64,000 bases of DNA from the IMG/VR virus record IMGVR_UViG_3300021959_007005; one strand, given 5' to 3'. This document shows, one piece after another, positions 37,058 through 45,289 of this stretch. The notes beneath the pieces were generated by a model that searched no databases, had not been told where the DNA came from, and saw nothing but the letters and a program-made list of their open reading frames with translations. The stretch comes from a virus. Taxonomy: Duplodnaviria; Caudoviricetes. Position 1 is the first letter of the stretch; the number at the start of each line of letters is the position of its first letter. The position numbers and the translations under genes were made by a program.

Positions 37058-37749
37058 AAAACATTAAAGACGTGCTGTTTATAGTACAAGCAAGGACTAA
37101 TAGTCAACGTGTACCTGCAAAAATGACAAGAGAATTTGCAGGTACTTGTCTATTTGAGATATTCATTAATAAGATTAAACAAACCAATATACCAATGGAA
37201 AACTTTTACGCAAGTGTTTGCGATCAAGAACTTATTGATATATGTAACAAACATGAAGTTAACATATTTAATCGCAGTTTAGCGTCACGCAACAGCGAAA
37301 ATGATTTAGTACAAATGTACGAATGGTGGGACAAATTTCCACAATACAAGTATGTTGTATTATTCAATCCATGTTTGCCATTCTTAAGCGTAAATACTAT
37401 AAATCAGTTTGTAGATCAATATGTTAGTAGTGAGCACGATGGCCTTTTTGGTGTTATGTCTAAAAAGCAATACTATTGGAACACCCAAGGTGAAATGATC
37501 ACACCCTGGCCAGCTGGTGTAACTATTATGAACACCAAAGTAGTAGAACCTACACTTGAAGCTGCACATGCATTATACGCTGGAAGACTTGATCTAATTG
37601 GCCAAGAGCGTTGGATGGGTGACTTTACAAAAAACAATCCTGCACTATTTGAAATGAAAGAGTTCGAATGCCTTGATATTGATTACGAATGGCAATTCGA
37701 AGTATATACAACTTATTGGGAAAAACATTATGGTAAAAACAATAGCTGA
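37054..37749 (+). CDS. neuA: CMP-nonulosonate (acylneuraminate) cytidylyltransferase
   Basis: QARTNSQRVPAK and final LDID..WQF motif; next to neuB. Confidence 0.82.
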   Translation: MKNIKDVLFIVQARTNSQRVPAKMTREFAGTCLFEIFINKIKQTNIPMENFYASVCDQELIDICNKHEVNIFNRSLASRNSENDLVQMYEWWDKFPQYKYVVLFNPCLPFLSVNTINQFVDQYVSSEHDGLFGVMSKKQYYWNTQGEMITPWPAGVTIMNTKVVEPTLEAAHALYAGRLDLIGQERWMGDFTKNNPALFEMKEFECLDIDYEWQFEVYTTYWEKHYGKNNS

Positions 37750-38539
37750 AATTGGCATCAATCACAACGGTGATTTAGGGTTATGCAAAGAAATGATCAC
37801 ACTCGCAAAAAAAGCAGGTGCTGATTATGTAAAATTTCAAAAGCGTGATCCGAATGTTTGTGTACCAGAAGATCAAAAGTCTAAATTAAGAGATACTCCT
37901 TGGGGAGAAATGACATACCTTGAGTACAAGCATCGTATTGAGTTCAATGACGAGTTTTATGAAATTGATCAACATTGTAAAGAAGTAGGAATCAATTGGT
38001 TTGTAAGTGTATGGGATACAAATAGTATTCAGTTTATGGCTAATAATTTTGATACTAGTATAGTAAAAGTACCAAGTGCAAAAGCCACAGACACTGAAAT
38101 TTTAAATATGTGCAATGCCATATATGGTACAGTAATAGTAAGTACTGGTATGTGTACACTGGAAGAAATTGAACAAATTGTTAGATATGTAGACAAGAAT
38201 AAACTTGTACTAATGCACACTGTAAGTACATATCCAGCAAAGACGGCAGATCTACACATTGACACAATTGATTACTTAAAACGTTATCAGGTTCCTGTTG
38301 GATATAGTGGACATGAGTTGGGTAAATTTATTTCAGCTGCACTTGCTCTAAAGGATATTGACTGGCTAGAGCGTCATTTTACTAGTGACAAAACACTGTG
38401 GGGGACTGATCAAAGTTGTAGCTTAGAAACACACGAACTTAAAGAGCTCATAGGAAATATGCAGATGCTCGAGAAGGCACGTGGTACTAGAGTTGGTGTA
38501 TTAGAATGTGAAATCCCGATACTAGAGAAACTAAGGTAA
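37730..38539 (+). CDS. neuB: Nonulosonic acid (NeuB-family) synthase, lacking the C-terminal SAF domain
   Basis: IAEIGINHNGD, VKFQ, KVPS, STGM, MHTVSTYP, GYSGH and ERHFT motifs. Confidence 0.92.
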   Translation: MVKTIAEIGINHNGDLGLCKEMITLAKKAGADYVKFQKRDPNVCVPEDQKSKLRDTPWGEMTYLEYKHRIEFNDEFYEIDQHCKEVGINWFVSVWDTNSIQFMANNFDTSIVKVPSAKATDTEILNMCNAIYGTVIVSTGMCTLEEIEQIVRYVDKNKLVLMHTVSTYPAKTADLHIDTIDYLKRYQVPVGYSGHELGKFISAALALKDIDWLERHFTSDKTLWGTDQSCSLETHELKELIGNMQMLEKARGTRVGVLECEIPILEKLR

Positions 38540-38549
38540 TTTAGTATAA

Positions 38550-39476
38550 ATGCATTTAAATAGAGATCTGGCAATTTTAATTCCAGGATTAACTTACGGT
38601 GGTAGTAAAAGTTCTGAATTTTTATCACATTGTGAACAAATCACAAATCAACTAAACAAAGGTAACATTAATGATGTTACTTTTTATATTAGTACGTGGG
38701 ATCATAAAAATAATAATACACATGATTTAATAACTGCAATTGAAAATTTTGGTTTTAAGTATAAATTAGATATAGAAACTTATCAAACATTTGATCAAAT
38801 CATACATGAAATAATATATGAAGATATGCCAGAGTTTGGAAAGCTCTGGGACAAATGGCTACACGAAGATTTACTCAAAGCTTCACAATGTTCAGCAGTT
38901 GACTACAAGCGTAGACATCTATCGATATACTATAAATTTTATAAAGTGTTTTATATGACACAACACGAACACCTAATTGTTAGGACCAAATCAAACAACG
39001 GAGTCAATCTACCAATACTAGATCTATTAGATTCTCTAGAAGAAACATTAGAATGGAATCAAACAAACAATAAGTTTAAACAACCTAGTAATTTCAATAA
39101 AGAATTAGGAAACGCAAATGAACTTATTAAATATGATAACTGGATATCATGTAACATTGATGGAGTGAGTAACAATGGTCTTGTAAAAGTCAATGAAAAT
39201 GGAATATTTGGATTAAGACCTGTTTTTGAACACAGGATATTTAACTATAATTCACCTAAGGAATTTATACTTAATGGTATAGCGTCTATATACTATCAGC
39301 AGTTCTTGGATAATTTTACAGCATCACAATTAAATAAAAATTTGTCAATGCCGCCTATAGCTAGTGGTAGTTTAGTGTGGGGTCAATATTTTACTAGCAA
39401 ACGTATACAGATACACCCAGTCTGGGCGTCTGCAAATCCTTTCTCTAAAGATGGACAGGTTCATAAAATGTACTAA
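38550..39476 (+). CDS. Hypothetical protein, putative glycosyltransferase-like
   Basis: LAILIPG..FYISTWD..IVRTKS layout similar to the 5817 ORF; follows neuAB. Confidence 0.4.
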   Translation: MHLNRDLAILIPGLTYGGSKSSEFLSHCEQITNQLNKGNINDVTFYISTWDHKNNNTHDLITAIENFGFKYKLDIETYQTFDQIIHEIIYEDMPEFGKLWDKWLHEDLLKASQCSAVDYKRRHLSIYYKFYKVFYMTQHEHLIVRTKSNNGVNLPILDLLDSLEETLEWNQTNNKFKQPSNFNKELGNANELIKYDNWISCNIDGVSNNGLVKVNENGIFGLRPVFEHRIFNYNSPKEFILNGIASIYYQQFLDNFTASQLNKNLSMPPIASGSLVWGQYFTSKRIQIHPVWASANPFSKDGQVHKMY

Positions 39477-39564
39477 ATGATAAATAAATAGATGGAAAAA
39501 TAAAGCTCAATTTTTTTTGAGCCAATTTTTTTTAGGCTGAATTAACTAAAAAGGAAAAAGATAA

Positions 39565-40437
39565 ATGACGCAACTCATAAACCCACGAAAATTTACACAA
39601 ACAGTTGGCCTTTTAAGGTCATTTTTTTTGGACAAAGGATTCTTGGAAGTCCACACCCAAAACAGACTAAGCATACTTGCCGCATGTGAAGATCCATTCA
39701 ATGTAGCAACGTACAATTACGCAGGCAACACTTGGCCACTACCCCAAACAGGCCAGATGTGGTTAGAACATGAATTATTAAGTAGCCCCGATAGTAAGGG
39801 GTTTTTTTGTGTCTCCACTTCCTATAGACAAGAGCCAAATGCTATACCAGGCAGACACGATATTATCTTCCCAATGTTTGAATTTGAAATGCCAGGCAGT
39901 GTAGATGATCTCAAAGCAATGGAAATTGAACTGTGTGAATACTTAGGCTTTGATGCACTAACAGAAAAAACTTACAGAGAATGGCAACAGCATTGGGGTG
40001 TAAGTGCAGACACCGAAATGGATGACAGTCACGAAAAAGCTATGGAAATGAACTTTGGTAGTTGTTTGATTACTGACTTTCCAGAACTAACATCACCTTT
40101 CTGGAACATGGCACGTAACGATGATGGCGAAACTGCCAAGAAGATGGATGTTATACTAGGTGGTATGGAAACTATTGGATCAGCAGAACGCTCGTGTGAT
40201 GTTGATATGATGCGTGATACATTCCATAGCATTGTAGACGGAGAGTACGCAGAGTTGTTATTCAAACTATTCGGTAAAGAACGTGTAGAAGCAGAACTAG
40301 AAGAGTTTCTAAAGTTTGACTTCTTCCAAAGAGTAGGTGGCGGAATTGGTATTACACGTATGATCCCTGCACTAGAAAAAATAAATGCACTAAGTGAGCC
40401 AATGGGTATGATTCAACCCATGCTGCGTTCAGCATAA
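39565..40437 (+). CDS. Class IIb aminoacyl-tRNA synthetase paralog (AsnRS/AspRS catalytic domain only)
   Basis: Motif 1 RSFFLDKGFLEVHT, motif 2 TSYRQE..RH..FPMFEFE and motif 3 GGGIGITR; no N-terminal OB-fold; 290 aa. Confidence 0.88.
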   Translation: MTQLINPRKFTQTVGLLRSFFLDKGFLEVHTQNRLSILAACEDPFNVATYNYAGNTWPLPQTGQMWLEHELLSSPDSKGFFCVSTSYRQEPNAIPGRHDIIFPMFEFEMPGSVDDLKAMEIELCEYLGFDALTEKTYREWQQHWGVSADTEMDDSHEKAMEMNFGSCLITDFPELTSPFWNMARNDDGETAKKMDVILGGMETIGSAERSCDVDMMRDTFHSIVDGEYAELLFKLFGKERVEAELEEFLKFDFFQRVGGGIGITRMIPALEKINALSEPMGMIQPMLRSA

Positions 40438-40444
40438 AGTTTAT

Positions 40445-40547
40445 TCCAGCCTGGTGGAAATGGTAGACACGGCGGACTGTTTATCCGTTGATTAATAACT
40501 CGCAAAGTATTTAATCGTGCATGGTTCGAATCCTGCGGCTGGAGCCA
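40445..40547 (+). tRNA. Atypical tRNA-Asn(GTT) with a long variable arm and encoded CCA, 103 nt
   Basis: 7-bp acceptor stem TCCAGCC/GGCTGGA, G73, CCA; D-arm GTG..TGG..CAC; anticodon stem GCGGA/TCCGT with loop CT-GTT-TA; T-loop TTCGAAT. Confidence 0.85.
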
Positions 40548-40556
40548 AAACAAAAC

Positions 40557-40585
40557 TTGACAATACCCTCGATTGTTGCTATTAT
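40557..40585 (+). promoter_or_regulatory. Sigma70-type promoter for rnh
   Basis: TTGACA-N17-TATTAT, with TGC before the -10. Confidence 0.7.
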
Positions 40586-40612
40586 AGGTAGATAAACAAT
40601 TGAGGGTTATTC

Positions 40613-41593
40613 ATGACATATATTCTAGTAGACACAGCAAACATGTTTTTTCGTGCAAGGCATGTAGTACGTGGAGATGATATTGATACCAAAATTGGTA
40701 TGGCATATCACATTATGTTTGCAAGTATTTTAAAAGCATATAGAGACTTTAACGGCAGTCATGTTGTATTCTGTTTAGAAGGACGCAGTTGGCGTAAAGA
40801 CTTTTATGAGCCTTACAAAGCTAATCGCAAAGTAGCTCGTGATGCACTTACTCCTAAGGAAGAGGAAGAAGATAAGGCATATTGGGAAGCATTTGACAAT
40901 CTTAAAGAGTTTATGGAAACTCGAACAAATTGCACAGTACTGCAACACAAACAATGTGAAGCAGATGACTTTATTGCTCGTTGGATACAGAATCATCCTG
41001 ATGATGAACATGTTATTATTAGTAGCGATAGTGACTTTTATCAGTTACTCACAGACAAAGTAACACAGTACAATGGAATTAGTAATCAGCATATTAAAAT
41101 AGATGGCGTTGTAAATGATCGTGGCAAGCCTGTAATTGACAAGAAAACTAAAGAGCAAAAACAAATTGGTGATCCCAGTTGGTTGCTGTTTGAAAAGTGT
41201 ATGAGAGGCGATAGCAGTGATAACGTGTTTAGTGCTTTTCCAGGTGTTCGTAAAAAAGGTACAAAAAACAAAGTTGGTCTACTTGAGGCATTTGCTGATA
41301 AAGATGCAAAAGGCTTTGACTGGAACAATATGATGCTACAACGTTGGGTGGATCATAATGGTGATGAACATCGAGTACTAGATGATTATCTACGTAATGT
41401 AACTCTAGTTGATCTCACACAACAACCTGACGACATTAAAGTAGCATTGGATGATGTTATCACTTCACAAGTACAGGCTACTCCAGTTAGTGGTGTAGGT
41501 ATTCATTTTATGCGGTTTTGTGGAACATATGATTTACAACGTATCAGCGATAACTCTCAAGCACATGCAGAATATTTAAATGCAGCCTACTGA
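40613..41593 (+). CDS. rnh: T4-type RNase H / 5'-3' flap exonuclease
   Basis: LVDTANMF, WRK.FY..YKANR, EADD, SSDSDF.Q and GD.SDN motifs. Confidence 0.92.
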   Translation: MTYILVDTANMFFRARHVVRGDDIDTKIGMAYHIMFASILKAYRDFNGSHVVFCLEGRSWRKDFYEPYKANRKVARDALTPKEEEEDKAYWEAFDNLKEFMETRTNCTVLQHKQCEADDFIARWIQNHPDDEHVIISSDSDFYQLLTDKVTQYNGISNQHIKIDGVVNDRGKPVIDKKTKEQKQIGDPSWLLFEKCMRGDSSDNVFSAFPGVRKKGTKNKVGLLEAFADKDAKGFDWNNMMLQRWVDHNGDEHRVLDDYLRNVTLVDLTQQPDDIKVALDDVITSQVQATPVSGVGIHFMRFCGTYDLQRISDNSQAHAEYLNAAY

Positions 41594-42089
41594 TACGTAT
41601 AAATATAATGCGAAGAGTGTTATAGAAGATAGTTTCTGGATTGTAGAAAATCGTGGTAATCGAGTTGGAACAATTAGAAAAAATTTAGATAGCTATACGT
41701 TTTATAATACTTTAGAAAAGACAGAAACGTTAGTGGATATCAAAGACTTTAATATTACAACTATTACTACAAAGACTACAAGTAACAATCAATCAGTATT
41801 AGGGTTTCCAACTAACCAGGATATAGTGTATAACGGTCAGCTACTAGATAATGTGCCTGCTTACACAAAGACACCCAAAAGCAACACATATTTTGTGGCT
41901 GGGTATTGGGCATTATTATTTGCTACAGGATGGAGGCCGAGCTTTTGTCCAAGACATAAAACACAGCAAGGTTACACTAGCTTAGGACCATTTAAAAACG
42001 AAGCTGACATGCATCTTGCTATAAAAAGACAAGGATCGGATTATGAAACTCTTACTAGCAGGAGCAATAGCACTACTACCAGTTATTAG
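41580..42089 (+). CDS. Hypothetical protein
   Basis: 169-aa ORF in the operon. Confidence 0.7.
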   Translation: MQPTDTYKYNAKSVIEDSFWIVENRGNRVGTIRKNLDSYTFYNTLEKTETLVDIKDFNITTITTKTTSNNQSVLGFPTNQDIVYNGQLLDNVPAYTKTPKSNTYFVAGYWALLFATGWRPSFCPRHKTQQGYTSLGPFKNEADMHLAIKRQGSDYETLTSRSNSTTTSY

Positions 42090-42423
42090 TGTTGCACAAG
42101 AAAAACCCAAAGCTCTAAAATCGCCAACTGCGAAAACATTTTTTGCTACACAAGCATGTGACAATGTCATAACAATGACAGATCTAGTAGTGGAAAAATA
42201 CAGAGAACAACCATTATTTAAAGCAATGGGTCTGCAATTTTCTGCACAAGATGGAAAGGCATATGCTGGCAGTATGATGATGTTTGTTAATCAGGACACC
42301 GGATCATGGAGTTTGATTACACTATACCCAGACGGTACTGGATGTATGGTTGCTACTGGTAGAGAGTTTGAACCTTATAGTGGACCTAAAATTAATCCTT
42401 CTAAAAAGGAATATACTCCATAA
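42043..42423 (+). CDS. Exported hypothetical protein
   Basis: Signal peptide MKLLLAGAIALLPVISVA. Confidence 0.7.
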   Translation: MKLLLAGAIALLPVISVAQEKPKALKSPTAKTFFATQACDNVITMTDLVVEKYREQPLFKAMGLQFSAQDGKAYAGSMMMFVNQDTGSWSLITLYPDGTGCMVATGREFEPYSGPKINPSKKEYTP

Positions 42424-42611
42424 TGTGGACATTAGTTTTTATATACTTCTATGAAATAACACCTTATGTAGAGTTAATAAGCACCCATACCAATATGGTA
42501 GAGTGTTTCCAAGCAAGAGAAGAGTTAAGTGAATTTCATGGTATGGGAGGTGGCTATTTCAAACCAGAACAGCAAGCCATATGTATTAACATGAATGGGT
42601 CAGATATATAA
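42423..42611 (+). CDS. Small hypothetical protein
   Basis: MWTLVFI..ECF...AIC pattern. Confidence 0.6.
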   Translation: MWTLVFIYFYEITPYVELISTHTNMVECFQAREELSEFHGMGGGYFKPEQQAICINMNGSDI

Positions 42612-42681
42612 TTTAAATATCACAATTATATGGTGTTTTAACTAAATACATTAAAGCAGTATACAATGATGGAATTTAAAA

Positions 42682-42993
42682 ATGGCAAGACCTAAACCAA
42701 AAATATTAATGGAATTTACCGACCCTAAAAGTTATCGTAGCGAACAGATACTAGATGCAGATGCTATCTATGCAGTGTTTCATAATAACAAACCTATTAA
42801 TTTGCGTAGCTTAAATAGCTTAGTAAATTTTCCAGGACCTAAATATAAAAAAGTTAGCTTTAGTAATAGCGGCCATGCTTTCAACTTAGCAACTCGATTA
42901 AACAAGTTATTTAAAACAGATTCATTTACAGTAGTAAAGTTACTCGAGGGACAGACAGTAATAGAGAAAGATGACAACGGAAGCCTTTTATAA
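42682..42993 (+). CDS. Hypothetical protein
   Basis: ORF preceded by CTAAATA. Confidence 0.7.
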   Translation: MARPKPKILMEFTDPKSYRSEQILDADAIYAVFHNNKPINLRSLNSLVNFPGPKYKKVSFSNSGHAFNLATRLNKLFKTDSFTVVKLLEGQTVIEKDDNGSLL

Positions 42994-43333
42994 TAGCATA
43001 CTAACACATGCAAAAAATTCACATTGGGCTGACGAGAATATTTCATTACGTAATCTGTTTAAAAATTATCGTAATAATAGCGGTCTTAGTTTAACTAGGC
43101 TTGGACTTCGTATAATGCAAGATATGGGCATAGAATACGAAACATTTAAAAGTAATGATGAAATTAAATTTACTGCAAAATTTAGAATTGTCATGGACAG
43201 ATATAATCAATATCCATATTACTTTACTAAGAATCAGTTAATATTATTTGGTAGTGAAGATCGTATAATGTATAAATTATATGGTAAAAATCTTGATGCA
43301 TGGATCGAACATATGGAAGAACAATTGAATTAA
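42971..43333 (+). CDS. Hypothetical protein
   Basis: 120-aa ORF. Confidence 0.65.
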   Translation: MTTEAFYNSILTHAKNSHWADENISLRNLFKNYRNNSGLSLTRLGLRIMQDMGIEYETFKSNDEIKFTAKFRIVMDRYNQYPYYFTKNQLILFGSEDRIMYKLYGKNLDAWIEHMEEQLN

Positions 43334-43347
43334 TTTCATTTCTGCTA

Positions 43348-43376
43348 TTGACACTTGGATATATTGGTGCTATAAG
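43348..43376 (+). promoter_or_regulatory. Sigma70-type early promoter
   Basis: TTGACA-N17-TATAAG, with TGC before the -10. Confidence 0.7.
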
Positions 43377-43405
43377 CCAAATATACGTTAACAAGGAGAG
43401 TTGAA

Positions 43406-43825
43406 ATGGTACTTGAAGCAAAACTAGTTAATTATATTTTAGCCCAGCATGCCGAAGCAGATGCATTTGAAGCAGAAGCTCCAGGTAATTGGATGGGCCG
43501 TTTGCCATCACCACAAGATACTGCATACTGGACCGCCCGTGTCCCAACTGGAACGTTTGCAGAGTTTAATCGTATTGAACTTGAAGAGTCAGCATATTAT
43601 GCAACCGCAGATGCTTACAGTAAGTCATATGCTCGTAGCTTTGATTTCTCAACTATGTCAGATGCCCAGTTGGAAGCTGTTATTACAGAAGCATGTAATG
43701 AAATGGATTACCAGCATAAAGCTGAAGAAGCTTATAAAAAAGCTGAAGAACTTAAAATGACAGAACTTGCAAATTCACTTAACGTAGATATGAATACTCT
43801 TAACAGATGGATGGAGGCAGCATAA
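43406..43825 (+). CDS. Early hypothetical protein
   Basis: Strong AGGAG RBS; 139 aa. Confidence 0.75.
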   Translation: MVLEAKLVNYILAQHAEADAFEAEAPGNWMGRLPSPQDTAYWTARVPTGTFAEFNRIELEESAYYATADAYSKSYARSFDFSTMSDAQLEAVITEACNEMDYQHKAEEAYKKAEELKMTELANSLNVDMNTLNRWMEAA

Positions 43826-44034
43826 TGACCGAATATGATGAAATACATGGTGGACCGTTTGATAGGGGGAGTGCAGATAGTTATTACCGACGTCCACCAG
43901 AACCACATTATTATCCGCAAGGAACGTATACTGGACAGAGAATTGAAGAACATCAAATGACACCAGAACAAATTAAAGCATATTGTGCTGGTTTTGATGA
44001 TAATGAAGCTAACGGCGTGTATAAGGAGTGGTAA
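43825..44034 (+). CDS. Small hypothetical phage protein
   Basis: Start moved to 43825; HGGPFDRGSADSYY motif. Confidence 0.7.
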   Translation: MTEYDEIHGGPFDRGSADSYYRRPPEPHYYPQGTYTGQRIEEHQMTPEQIKAYCAGFDDNEANGVYKEW

Positions 44035-44035
44035 A

Positions 44036-44284
44036 ATGTTCGATACATTAAATTTTAAACCAGTTCGTGAAGGACATTGGCAAGCAAAGGAACAGTTTGG
44101 CAAATACCAGTTGAGTATTGTTTTACTACCTGGAAAAACTTTATATGAAGCTGCCATATTTAAAGATGGTGATTTTGTACAATTGCCAGGTATCAACTAT
44201 GATGACGATGTTATTCCAGGCTTGACAAAGAATATGGTAACTGCTATTATGCAAAAATTGGAACTTATAAAAATAGCAAGTTAA
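44036..44284 (+). CDS. Small hypothetical protein
   Basis: Start moved to 44036 (MFDTLNF). Confidence 0.65.
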   Translation: MFDTLNFKPVREGHWQAKEQFGKYQLSIVLLPGKTLYEAAIFKDGDFVQLPGINYDDDVIPGLTKNMVTAIMQKLELIKIAS

Positions 44285-44494
44285 ATGAAACCTAAATGGG
44301 CGGCATGTGTTGGACTTAGTAGAATTGGTGACAGTCGTTGGCCATGGAAACAACAACGAACAGAATGTTGGAATGATATGGTGCACCGTCCGTATCCATA
44401 TTATTTAAGATTAGTACCAAATCGATGGATATGGTATACTATTCGTGGAGCAAAAGTCTGCTTTTGGAAAAGAAAAAGAAAGGATATGAAATGA
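44285..44494 (+). CDS. Basic Trp/Arg-rich hypothetical protein
   Basis: 69-aa ORF filling the gap. Confidence 0.45.
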   Translation: MKPKWAACVGLSRIGDSRWPWKQQRTECWNDMVHRPYPYYLRLVPNRWIWYTIRGAKVCFWKRKRKDMK

Positions 44495-44898
44495 CACCTG
44501 TATTATATATTTTGATGAGAACTGATTTGGGTTCAATGAATCCTGGTAAAGCTATGGCTCAAGCCAGTCATGCTAGTAATGCATTTGTACATTCAGCAGA
44601 GCCTGGATACAATGTAGATGAAAAACTGTTTGAAGAATGGCGACAGTCAACAACACAAGGTTTTGGTACTGTGTTGGTACTTGGTGTAAATGAAGCTCAA
44701 ATGAGAACCGCAGTTGATGTTGTGTTCAATTGTGGTGTAGATAAGTTTCCATGTGATATTATACATGATCCAACTTACCCACTACAAGATGGCGACACCA
44801 CACATTTTATTCCTGTGGACACTTGTGGTTATATATTTGGAGATAAAGATAACGTATTATTGCAATCAATATTAGGAAACTTTGAATTACACTATTGA
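44491..44898 (+). CDS. pth2: Peptidyl-tRNA hydrolase, Pth2 family
   Basis: YILMRTDL.MNPGKAMAQASHA motif; start at 44491. Confidence 0.82.
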   Translation: MTPVLYILMRTDLGSMNPGKAMAQASHASNAFVHSAEPGYNVDEKLFEEWRQSTTQGFGTVLVLGVNEAQMRTAVDVVFNCGVDKFPCDIIHDPTYPLQDGDTTHFIPVDTCGYIFGDKDNVLLQSILGNFELHY

Positions 44899-44923
44899 CA
44901 ATAGTTTATAATGGCCTTATAAG
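44895..44923 (+). promoter_or_regulatory. Sigma70-type early promoter
   Basis: TTGACA-N17-TATAAG. Confidence 0.7.
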
Positions 44924-44958
44924 CAAAGAGTAAGTTAACACAAACTAGGAGAAATAAA

Positions 44959-45225
44959 ATGGTAGATATGAATACAGCAATTAATCAAGTTCGTAATATG
45001 GATTCAGCTCAACTTAATGAAATGATTGCAGAAATTAAATTACGCCGGAATTATATTTCCAGTACTACTGCCCGTAGTTTAGTTAAAGGCGCAAAAGTAC
45101 AATTTACAGGCCGGGGTGGTGAAGTTATAACTGGCACTGTTACCAAAGTTAATCAGAAAACTGTTGTTGTAGACGCAGGCGTGATTAAGTGGAAAGTTAC
45201 TGCAAGCATGTTAACACAAATTTAA
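44959..45225 (+). CDS. Small SH3/KOW-like hypothetical protein
   Basis: GAKVQF..ITGTVTKVNQKTVVV beta-barrel pattern; AGGAG RBS. Confidence 0.65.
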   Translation: MVDMNTAINQVRNMDSAQLNEMIAEIKLRRNYISSTTARSLVKGAKVQFTGRGGEVITGTVTKVNQKTVVVDAGVIKWKVTASMLTQI

Positions 45226-45229
45226 TAAT

Positions 45230-45256
45230 ATAGGGGCTTGACACTCAAGCCCCTAT
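45230..45256 (+). terminator. 12-bp perfect hairpin overlapping a -35 element
   Basis: ATAGGGGCTTGA-CAC-TCAAGCCCCTAT followed by TT. Confidence 0.65.
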
Positions 45257-45266
45257 TTGCTATGAT
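45238..45266 (+). promoter_or_regulatory. Sigma70-type early promoter
   Basis: TTGACA-N17-TATGAT, with TGC before the -10. Confidence 0.7.
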
Positions 45267-45289
45267 TACGTGTAACGAAGGAGAAAACA

